From: Okamejei kenojei | Taxonomy: Eukaryota | NCBI GenBank assembly: GCA_035221665.1 | Contig: CM069132.1 | Coordinates: 51,212,001-51,276,000 of the forward strand | Length of the DNA: 64,000 nt | Direction: 5' to 3' | Shown here: positions 54,106 to 64,000 of the stretch, piece by piece | Layout of the letters: every line of letters begins with the position of its first letter | How positions within the stretch are numbered: position 1 is the first letter of the stretch | Notes under the pieces: generated by a model | Told to the model about the DNA's origin: nothing | The model's database searches: none | What the model saw: only the letters and a program-made list of their open reading frames with translations | Program-made: the position numbers and the translations under genes

Positions 54106-54647
54106 GTAATAATAAACCTGATGCATGTGATTAGAGCAACCATGATACTCGTTTTCATACTTTAGTGTCAATACTGTTTTAGGCATCTCTTTTCTAGTCC
54201 TATTTCCAATTGAACATTAATAGTTGCATAAGTGTTATTAGTAAAGTTTCCCAAAATCTTTGTGGTTTATTTTTGTGCAATGTCTATTTGTAAACATGCT
54301 ATTAATGTGCAGTGAGACACTCTTAAGGCAATGAAACAATTGATACAACTAGTACTGAGCAATATGTAATCTGCCTGTTATGGATAAGAACTCAACATCC
54401 CTGTATAACGTCCCTTCTTTGACAATCAAAGCATCATCCTCATTGAATTTTCCCACCATCATGAATCTTGTGAGTTACCATTTCCTCTAAAATAAATGAA
54501 TCATTAGTGTCTCACAAATTGTTAGTATCACAAATAGTATATCCAGCATAGATAAAGTTGGAGTATTTTCTAAAATGACTTCAACTTCCAAAGTATGTAA
54601 TATATTCGCAACTTTCCTGGAAAAGTGTAAAAGCCTACAGCACTCGA

Positions 54648-54900
54648 GATAGAAACATAGAAACATAGAAATTAGGTGCAGGAGTAGGCCATTCAGCCCT
54701 TCGAGCCTGCACCGCCATTCAATATGATCATGGCTGATCATCCAACTCAGTATCCCGTACCTGCCTTCTCTCCATACCCTCTGATCCCCTTAGCCACAAG
54801 GGCCACATCCAACTCACTCTTAAATATAGCCAATGAACTGGCCTCAACTACCCTCTGTGGCAGAGAGTTCCAGAGACTCACCACTCTCTGTGTGAAAAAA
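54648..54900 (-). mobile_element. CR1 3'-end fragment
   Basis: (ATAGAAAC)n terminal octamer and FFTQRVVSLWNSLPQRVVEA C-terminal peptide. Confidence 0.9.
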
Positions 54901-55487
54901 GTCACATGAGATGACTTAACTGAGATGATTAAACCACCTAATATAAAGTGGCCTGCAAAACTAAACCTGAGGGGAAAGGTTGCCTCCATTATCCCTGACT
55001 CTTCCCACAGAGTTTGAATCTGTTGATGATGCTTCTTTCACAATGTTTTGCAAACTGGTAATGTTTTACTCTTTGAAGGACAAGGATATAAATTTTATTT
55101 CTTTAAGCACAGATTGTAGCTCAAGCTCACTATACCTACTGCTAAGTGGGTTTGGATGCAGTTAATAAATACTCACTTTGCCCTTGAGATCCACATTTCA
55201 GCTATCCAAAAGAAATTGTACATAAACAAAAACACTAGAGTGAAACATTAGATGATAGTGTTCTACCACCATACAGAACCAGTACAAGTTAATGTTTTTA
55301 CAATATCACTTTAGTAAAAAAGCTTTTGACAGAATTACTGAAGTGAATTGAGTGACAACTGCTATTGATGCATTTTTCCCTTCTATATACCTAATACACA
55401 TCTACAACATTGCTAATTAAGTTTGATAATATTAGTATACATTTAAAGAATGATTCCAATTTTCTGCAGCTGCAAAATTTAATGTGC

Positions 55488-55825
55488 AGCACAGTGTCGC
55501 AGTGAATAGAATTGCTGCCTCGCTGCTCCAGTGACCCAGATTCAATCCTGACCTTTGACATTGCCAGGGCGGAGGTTGCATATTCTCCCTGTTGCCACAT
55601 GGATTTCTTCTGGTTGTGCTGTATTTTCTCTCATTATCCAGAGATTGGAGGTGGGTGGTAGGTGAAATGTTAATTGGCAAATGTAAAATGCTCTTAGTGA
55701 GTGGTAGAATATTGGAGCTATTGGGAATGGGGGGGATAATAAAATGAAACCAGTGTAAATGAGTGTTTGATGGTCATCTTGTATCAGTGGATTAAAGAGC
55801 ATGTTTCTGCACTGGATAACTTCAA
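55488..55825 (+). mobile_element. tRNA-derived V-SINE (HE1-like), degenerate
   Basis: tRNA-like head (GCACAGTGTCGCAGTG...GACCCAGATTCAATCCTGACC), V-domain-like GGAGGTTGCATATTCTCCCTGT and a CR1-like tail. Confidence 0.6.
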
Positions 55826-56267
55826 GACACTCATCTCTTTAACTGAAGATGTTTTCATACTGCAGCAACCTTTCAGTATTGCTTTCTAAAGAACCTATTT
55901 TCCCCTGATGACTTAAGTCTGGGAATAAGGCACTATAGCATCTAAACTCCACAACCTGTCCTGATCATGATATATAAACATGTAGGGATATGTCTAGAAT
56001 TTTTTTTTAATGAAATCTCCTCAATTAATACCAAAAAGAAGCAAGATTTTAGATAACCTAAAATACTGTAGCTACCAAAACTACAGAACCATGAAGTGAA
56101 TTGGAAATTAATTGATCAGTTAGTAAAGAATTAAAATTTATAGTGTTCAACATAATGTAGTGATTGCATGCAAGGTTAATTTTGCAATAATTTGTTGAAA
56201 ACACAAAGTTTGAATCATTAAAATTTACTATTTTATGAATCAAATATAACAGCTTATTGATTTCAAT

Positions 56268-56390
56268 GAGACTGAAGAAAGAGTCCAAACCAAAACGTTG
56301 TCTGTCCATTTCCTCCACAGCAGCTTCCTGACCCACTGAATTCCTCCAGCACTTAGTATTCTGCTGGTGGTTTAAAAACTGCTTCTGCAT
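56268..56390 (+). mobile_element. Old Penelope-type short repeat
   Basis: CTGAAGAAAGAGTCCAAACCAAAACGTTG...CCTGACCCACTGAATTCCTCCAGCA. Confidence 0.55.
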
Positions 56391-57495
56391 TCCCTGAAAT
56401 ACATTAAACTGAAACCATCAGCTGGAATATGATTTCAAAGGGTTACTTTGGACAGGTTACAATTTTGAGTTGTTTTAAACCTTTGAATTTACCAACATCC
56501 TAACAGGTGTTTCTTTCTAGTAACTAGAAATTATTTTATGATGCACTCAGAGATTATACCTGGCTTGTGCAAAATAAGTCAATTGATACATGTTTGCCAT
56601 AGTGTGCTGTTACTTCCCACCACTCTAGTAAGTATTTGACAGAAAATTCCTGATACACAATTTCATTATGTAGTGAGCATGATATTTTATAAATTGGTAC
56701 ATTAAAGAGCCCAGGAAAGAAGCCATCAATATGTTCTTTGTGTATTAATCTTCAACATCAAATAGGAGAGTTGTCACACCCCTTACAAATTATTGCTGTG
56801 AGATGTTACCTTCATTCCAGAGTAAATTCTGAATTGAGGAGAGGGCTAAGATCTCACAATATCTTGTAAGTTAAATGATGAAAATAAAGGATTACATTTT
56901 CTTGATCTGTGCCTTCTTCAAGGTAGTGATTCAACATTCAGATAGTATTTTGAAATGACAGTCCTGAGGAAGTATGCTTTTTGCTTTGATGCAAAAATCC
57001 TTTTAATTGAGGCATTAAACTGCAACATGTTTTATTCTGAGAAAGTGATGACAAAGGTGGTTTCAGCATCCTAATCAAACTTTTTTTAAAAAGCACCTTA
57101 CAGCTTTCCACATAAAATTCTATTTAACAAATGGAGCTCTATCATTTTAAAGCAAACCTTTGTGAAATAGCAACAACATACAGGAGGCATGCCTGGTTGG
57201 GGAACAGTATTGAAAGGAGTGCTGCAAGACTTGCTGTTAGAATTACTGCTGCTCTCATTGATATCATTAACCATTTTGAAAACACGGCAAATTAGTGAAT
57301 TTTATAAGTGCAAAAATAGAATAGAGGGGAACAGAATAAAAGTAACAAATTAGTGGATTATTTAAATTTTGTATGTGGACAGAAAATGAGCTATTTAAAT
57401 TGCAACTTACAAGAAATGTCATACGAGCAATATATCATCCATAAATAGCATAGTAAAGTGCGATAGTAAAGGAGCATAGTAAAGGAGTCAGACTT

Positions 57496-58160
57496 TGTGA
57501 ACTCAAGGACAAGCTTTATTAAACAAAAAAAAAACAACGGGGCAGCAGGGCACACCCTCTACTTCCTTTCCAACCTCAGTCACGTGCCTCATCACATGAT
57601 AAAGGAGGGTTTGAATAACCAGTGGCCCGACCACCAGATGGTGCCACACGACACCCCCCCCCCCCCAGAACCAGAGGAACAAAAGCGAGCAGGCGGACGA
57701 ATGCGCGGCCTCGCCGACACCCGACTGATAGAAAAGGCACCCTACAGTTTGTGCCGCAGCTCGTCGGCACATTCAGCCAGCCGCAGGGGGTCAGCAAAGT
57801 CCTCACCTTGCGAGGAGCAGGAAGATGTCCTCAGGCGTCTGCTCCAGAAACACGTGGAAAAAGGAAACGGTCTGATGACAGTCCATCAAGGTGAGCATTT
57901 CATTCATCAGATCCGACGGCTTGTGATCACCGAGACCACCCATGTGCTGAAACCGAGAGTCTGCAATAGGAGCACCTTCAGGCCGTCATACTAGCCGGCG
58001 GCTGGCGAAGAAAATGAACAAGATGACCGGCCGTGTCCTGATCCAAGGGCCCGATCACGCAATAATATTTTGTATCGTCAGCAGTAATGTGCCGAATATG
58101 AAATTGAGCCTTGGCCTGCTCAAACCATATGTGCAGCTGCGACGTCCAAAACACGGGCAA
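57496..58160 (-). mobile_element. Internally deleted Gypsy LTR retrotransposon (gag N-terminus, PPT, 153-bp 3' LTR)
   Basis: LTR TG...CA at 57648-57496 with AATAAA, preceded by a G-run PPT (57653-57666). Gag peptide PVFWTSQLHIWFEQAKAQFHIRHITADDTKYY...GDHKPSDLMNEML. Confidence 0.8.
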
Positions 58161-60200
58161 TTTAATCTTTCCTCCCAGCTATTCTTTGAGATTAATAAAC
58201 CAAATTCATCTTCCCATGCTCGCCCATGCATTTCAGAAGATGGGATGTGTGCAATTAAAAGAGTATTGTAAATGTAGGATTTTAACTTACTTGTATCCAC
58301 CTGTCTATTCATGCATTCGTCTAATATATCTGGACCCATAGAATGACAGTCTTGTGTATGTGTTTTCACATAGTGTCGGATTTGAAGACATATTAAAAAA
58401 AATACTTGCTTTCAAACGATATTTCTCCTGTAATTCTTGAAACAAGAGGAAAGTCCCCTTCACATAGATATCTCCCAGGATTTTAATTCCTGAGTTTTTC
58501 CATTGTGCAAACGCCTTATCTAAAGTAGATGGTTTAAACAAGGGATTGTTAGCGATTGGTAAAACGTGAGAGGAATTTCTCAGTTTGAGGCTTGATTTCA
58601 ACTGTTTCCAAATTCGTGGGGTGCTATGTATTATCGGATTTTGCTCATACGTTGATTTATTCAGGTGTGTTGGAGAAAGAAGAATCGAGCCTATATTAAA
58701 AGGTAAACAATCTTCCCTCTCCATTTTTAGCCAGTTTACCTGTTGACATGTATCTTCCATCCAGTAGATTAAGTTTTTAATATTAGTCGCCCAGTAATAC
58801 AAAAGGAAAGTGGGGAGTGCTAATCTTCCATTTTCTTTTCCATTTCCATAAGTGTCGTTTATGTATTCTATGAGTTTTATAGTCCCAAATGAAATTTGTG
58901 ATAACAGAGTAATTTTTTTTTTTTAATTTTAGGGAGATAAATCGGTATTGATTGATTATATAGGAGTTGTGGAAGGAAAATCATCTTTATGGCATTTACT
59001 CTACCTATAAGGGAAATATGGAGTGTTTTCCAAAATTGAATGAGGGCATTTAATTTAGTAATTAATGGTGGGAAATTTGTTTGAAATAGAGAGGTATATT
59101 TTCTAGTCACGTAGACTCCAAGGTAGATTTTTCAGTGACAATTCTGAAGGGAATTTTTTGGAGATGTAAAGGATCTTGAGCTTTTATTGGCATAATTTCA
59201 CTTTTATTCCAGTTTATTCTATACCCTGAGAAGGAACCAAATTGTTCTATAAGGTTTAATATATTTGGGATACTGACTTGAGAGTTGGTGATATATAAAA
59301 GTACATCATCTGCATATAACGAAATCTTATTATTGGTATGTTTAGTATTGTATCTGTGAATGCCTGGATGTACTCTTATGTTTTCTGCTAAGGGTTCTAT
59401 GGCTAAGGCAAATAACATTGGTGAAAGAGCACATCCTTGTCTATTACCCCTGGATAATTGAAATTTAGGTAACAGAATTTGATTAGTCAATATTCTGGCA
59501 GTCGGATTGTTATATAACAATGCTTTATCCATGAGATAACATTTTCTCCTAGTGGAATTTTTCCAACGCTGTAAAGAGGTAGGCCCATTCTACTTGGTTA
59601 AATACTTTTACTGCGTCTAAAGAAATAATTGTTAAGACTTCATTTATCGTTTTGTGTGAATACATTATATTAAACAGGCGTCTCAAATTATGAAACGAAT
59701 GTCTCTTAGGTATAAACCCAGTTTGGTCTGGATGTATTAATTGACTAATGTATGAAATTAGTCTTCTTGCAAAAGTCTTAGCTAATATTTTCTGATCTGT
59801 ATATAGAAGAGCTATTGCTCTGTATGATCCAGGCTCTTCAAGATTTTTGTCTTTTTTAGGTATCAATGTAATGGTTTATTTGGCTAGTTTGTGGTAAGGC
59901 CTGTTCTTTAAAAGCATGTATATAAAGGGTTCGTAGGCATGGGGAAATTAAGTCATTACATTTTTTATAGAATTCATTACTGAACCCATCTGGACCTGGC
60001 GTTTTCCCACTATTCAGTGATTTGATAGTCTCTTCAATATCTTTTATTGTAATCTCAGCTAATTCTTCTTGTTCCTACTCATTAAGTGATGGGAGGTTGC
60101 AATTATCAAGAAAGTTTTTGATCTTTGCAGAGTCGGCTAATGTTTTTGATGCATATAAATTTTGATAGAATTTTAGGAATCTTTCGTTAATATCTTTGGG
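58161..60200 (-). mobile_element. L1 ORF2 fragment (RT domain)
   Basis: [39 protein letters not shown] and [11 protein letters not shown] motifs. Truncated at both ends. Confidence 0.92.
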
Positions 60201-60469
60201 ATATTTTAAAATCTTCATCAGAAAAGATCTCTTCACACGCAGTGGTGTGAATTTTCACATGGAACAGGGGATGAAATGCAGAAATAATTAAAAAAATAAT
60301 TGCATATTATGTGAAGTAAAATTATTTGAAGTAAAATACCTGGTATCTTCCAGGATTGCCTATAGAATAACAGAGGCTACATTAAAAAAAATGTTCATAG
60401 CTGTTCAAAGTCCCAAGGATCAAATATAGTTTCTCACGATCAAGATTGATTTTGTTCTGCACTAGTTCT

Positions 60470-60750
60470 TATGTGGCAAGTTCTGATGTTGTAAAGCTGG
60501 AAAGGGTATCGAGAAGATTTACAAGGATGTTGCCAGGGCTAGAGGGTCTGAGCTGTAGGGAGAGGTTTATTAGGCTGGGACTCTATTCCTTAGAGCACAG
60601 GAGGATGAGGGGTGATCTTATTGAGATGTATAAAATCTTGAGAGGAATAGATCGGATAGATGCACAGAGTCTCTTGCCCAAAGTATGTGAAACAAGGGCC
60701 AGAGAAAATAGGTTTAAGGTGAAGGAAAAATTATTTAATTGGAATCTTTT
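60470..60750 (+). mobile_element. CR1 ORF2 C-terminal fragment
   Basis: KLERVSRRFTRMLPGLEGLS..ER..RLGLYSLEHRRMRGDLIE. Confidence 0.88.
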
Positions 60751-60788
60751 TTGGCACGTGCATCTTTAATCGGCAGTGAATTCACTTT

Positions 60789-60888
60789 CAGTCTGAAGAA
60801 GGGTCTCGACCTGACATGTCACCCATTCCTTCTCTCCAGAGATGCTGCCTGTCCCGCTGAGTTCCTCTAGCTTTTTGTGCCTAACTTC
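60789..60888 (+). mobile_element. Penelope-type short repeat with the best-preserved hammerhead-like core
   Basis: GT-CTGAAGA-A-GGGTCTCGACCT-GACA-TGTC-ACCC at 60791-60824. Confidence 0.75.
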
Positions 60889-63150
60889 AATGCATATACT
60901 CGGCACGGCCTCTAAATGACCTCTTGAAAGGGAACCGGGCATCAGGAGAAAATATTTCTCTTACTGAGGGACAACAGGAAGCATTCACTTCTCTAAAGGG
61001 GGCCCTTTCCTCTGCACCTGCACTTGGAATTCCCGATAATAGTAAACCTTTTACATTGTTTGTCAACGAGAAGGATGGATATATGACGGCAGTCCTCACT
61101 TAGGAGCATGGAGATCAACAAAAACCCATTGGCTACTATTCCACTAAATTGGATAACATTGCCTTGGAATGGGGAAGCTGTATGCAAGCTGGTGAAGCTA
61201 CGTGTTGTGCTGTCATGACAACCACAGGACTGTTACTGGATCAGAAATTTACTGTTAAGCGGCCCTATTCTGTGTATATTTTGCTCTCCATGAACAAAAT
61301 ATTACAGGTAACTTGCTCGATACTGGCGGTACTGGAAGCCCCAAACCTCCACATTGTCCATGCCAGTCCAGTCAACCCATCAAAGATGCTCCCGCTTCCT
61401 GAGGAGCAAAGGGGTGAAGACGGGGAGTATGACTGAGTTGACATTTTGGAAGAAATTGAATAATCCAGCCAAGCAGCAGAGAAACCACTAGAAAATCCCG
61501 ACCTCCTTCTCAATACTGTTAGTCCCTCCTTTGTGGATAATGGTGCCTGAAAAACAGGATGAGATGTTACAAATCAGCATTAGATAATAGCGAAAGGCAG
61601 TCTACCAGCAGATACCTACCAGCTCAACAAGCAGAATTATGAGCGTTTGCTAAGGCATGTCAGATAGCAGAAGGAAGAACAGCTAATATCTATACTGATT
61701 CCAGGGACACCTTTGGAAGTCACCCATCTTTGCACAGTTGTGGCAGAAAAGAGATTTCCTCACAGCAATGGAGATGCCTATCCAAATTAGGAAGGAAGTT
61801 CAGGAGCTTCTGGAAGCTATTTGTCTCCCACAAGAAGTTGCTATTCTTAAATGCAAGGCACATACGAAGGATGATACTTAGAAGCCCGGGAAAATGCAAT
61901 GGCTGATCAGGCAGGTCGGGAAGCTGCCTCTTTAATCTTGCCTACTGATGATCAGATGCACTTCAACAAGCTTAAGACTCCAGATATGTCGAGATTGAAA
62001 GAAATGCAAGACAACTGCTCCAGAGAAGAAAATTGGACGGATTGAGGATCATAAGATCATGTGATAGGAGCAGAATAAGGCCAATCAGCTCATCAAGTCT
62101 ACTCCACCATTCAATTGTGGCTAATCTGTTTAGGAAGGAACTGCAGATACTGGTTTAAACTGAAGATAGACACAAAATGCTGAAGTAACCCAGCGAGACA
62201 GGCAGCATCTCTGGAGATAAGGAATGGGTGACGTCTGAGATCAAAGCCCTTCTTCAGACTGAGTCACAGGAAAGGGTAATGGGAGGCTGACCGATCTCTC
62301 CCTCCTAACTCAATTCTCCTGCCTTCTCCCCATAACTTCTGGCATCCGTACTGATCAAGAATCTATCTCTGCCTTATAAATATGCACTGACTTGGCCTCC
62401 ACAGCCTTCTGTGGCAATGAATCCCACAGATTCACCACCCTCAAAGGAGGGTATTAAAGTGTGCTCCAATGGCTTATAGAGATGGGAAAATACAAGGACA
62501 ACCAGTTGCTCCACACGCATTAATGCATTATTTGGCTCACCAAATTCCTGGGGCCATCTGGTTCCATTACAAATGGTAACCTGGTTCCAAAGAAACTGGT
62601 GAAGTTATGGATTTCAAAGATATGCCCAGCATGTCTATGCCCCATATTTCCCTTCCTAAGTGCCAACGGTACATTGGAGATTTGGCCATAGTGGACTGAT
62701 TCTCACGATGGGCGGAAGCTGTCCCACCTGGACAGGCTACAGCCGCGCACACTGCTAAAGTACTATGTAAAGACAATATCCCAAGATAGGGTATCCCCCT
62801 CTACCATTGACTCAGGTCAGAGTATACACTTTACAAGTACTGTTTGTATGGAAGTCTGCAGACATCTGAACATTACCTAGGATTTACACTGTCGCATTTA
62901 GCCACAGTCCTCTGGTCTGGTTGAACGCATGCTTTGCACTACAAAGGATCGCCTAACTAAATATCACCAAGAGGGAATGCCATGACCACTGGCCCTCCCC
63001 ATTCTCTGATGTGGTATTAGGGCCTGTCCGAATCGAACAGGTCTGAGCCCCTTTAAAGTTTTACTCGCAGACCCATGTCACTGTCAGGAACCTTAAACTT
63101 GTGAAAAGCTGATTATCATCTTATGAGTGATGCTCTTTTAGAATACTGCT
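60889..63150 (+). mobile_element. Class I (gamma/epsilon-like) endogenous retrovirus pol remnant: RT connection, RNase H, integrase
   Basis: LARPLNDLLK, AFTSLKGALSSAPALGIPD.SKPFTLFV and PIGYYSTKLD; RNase H AQQAEL, ANIYTDSR, VAILKCKAHT and NAMADQA; integrase FSRWAEAVP, TIDS....HFT and PQSSGLVERM. Many stops and frameshifts. Confidence 0.85.
62047..62441 (-). mobile_element. CR1 3' fragment inside ERV pol, itself interrupted by a Penelope-type repeat (about 62127-62285)
   Basis: CATAAGATCATGTGATAGGAGCAGAAT tail and the RVVNLWDSLPQKAVEA peptide. The inner element reads CAGTCTGAAGAAGGGC...GACGTCACCC on the minus strand. Confidence 0.85.
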
Positions 63151-63704
63151 TTCTTTAATGTATCGTATTTGTAATCTTTGTTGTTTTACCTACAAGCTGT
63201 TCTTTGCTCACCCAACACAGGTATTAGAAGCTGTATCTGAAATATGCAGACCATTAAAGAAATCTAATAATGTGTGCTTGGGCTACCTTTCCTTATAATT
63301 CTTACTTAGGTGATTCATTCCGTCTGGTAATTATCAAAGAATCAAAGGCGGGGGAGGGAGATTCTATGGGCTTGCAGACAATTGATGGGGTTAGTCTAGA
63401 AATTGTTTATTTAAAAAGCCATTAACAGCTTGAGAATGGGTCTACTGAACACAGTTACAAAGAACAGTTTCTGAATTCAAAATTACAACTAATAAGAACT
63501 TAGACAGTACTGTAAACAATAATCCCTTCAATTTTATGAAGGTGCTACATACATCCTGGTCACCCTATGTAGATAAGGAAGCCTGTTTTTTCATCAGTGT
63601 GTTCTTTGTGAAAGTGTTAGTTGAATGTCCAGTGTCCTTTGTCCATTAGGAATCAAAGCAGTTACCTCTGTGTGGAGCCACAGGAAATGGGAAAGGTCCT
63701 CAAT

Positions 63705-64000
63705 TAGTATTTTTCCTCTGTATTTACCGAGGAGAAAGACAGTAGGACGGAGGAACTTGGGGCAGTCAATGGAAGTGTCTTGAGAGCAGTCAGTGTTACC
63801 GTCAAAGAAGTACTGAAGGTACTGTCATGTATGAAGGTAGACAAATCTCCAGGGCCTGATCAGATATATCTGAGGACATTGTAGGAAACTAGAAAGGAAA
63901 TTGCGTGAGCCCTGGTTAAAATTTACAAGTTATCCTTAAATACAGGAGATGTGCCGGAAGACTGGAGGGTGGCAAATGTTGTGCCTCTTTTCAAGAAGGG
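63705..64000 (+). mobile_element. CR1 ORF2 fragment running off the window
   Basis: FSSVFTEEK, KVDKSPGPDQIY and VPEDWRVANVVPLFKK motifs. Confidence 0.9.

Noticed and set aside
55488-55560. tRNA gene
   Set aside because: Degenerate SINE head with no intact cloverleaf.
60791-60824. Active hammerhead ribozyme at this copy
   Set aside because: The GAAA box reads GACA and ACGU is mutated. It is likely inactive and is reported only as part of the family consensus.
43500-64000. Neighbouring gene exons (e.g. TRA2A, adjacent in mammals)
   Set aside because: No recognisable coding or splice pattern found. The short ORFs are TE-derived or random.

Overview
Vertebrate genomic DNA. The repeat families (HE1/V-SINE, several CR1 subfamilies, Penelope-derived short repeats) suggest a cartilaginous fish, probably a skate or ray; this is inference. 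The only host gene I can support is IGF2BP3 on the minus strand: coding exon 1 (42389-42563), exon 2 (41360-41420), a CpG-rich promoter with E-boxes and CCAAT boxes, and a very long intron 2 that apparently covers positions 1-41359. The rest is transposon-derived: L1 elements with readable TSDs, near-full-length CR1s, two Tc1 elements, hAT elements, an internally deleted Gypsy element and a class I (gamma/epsilon-like) ERV pol remnant. The most unusual signal is a dispersed family of short Penelope-type repeats (nine listed copies). Several are hairpins or perfect palindromes with TSDs, and their composite sequence reads as a minimal hammerhead ribozyme. A fragment of a Penelope ORF also lies in the window. 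A zone of about 17 kb around the IGF2BP3 promoter is nearly TE-free. Sequence left of the N-gap (1-4818) looks error-rich. All calls were made by eye, without alignments or database searches.
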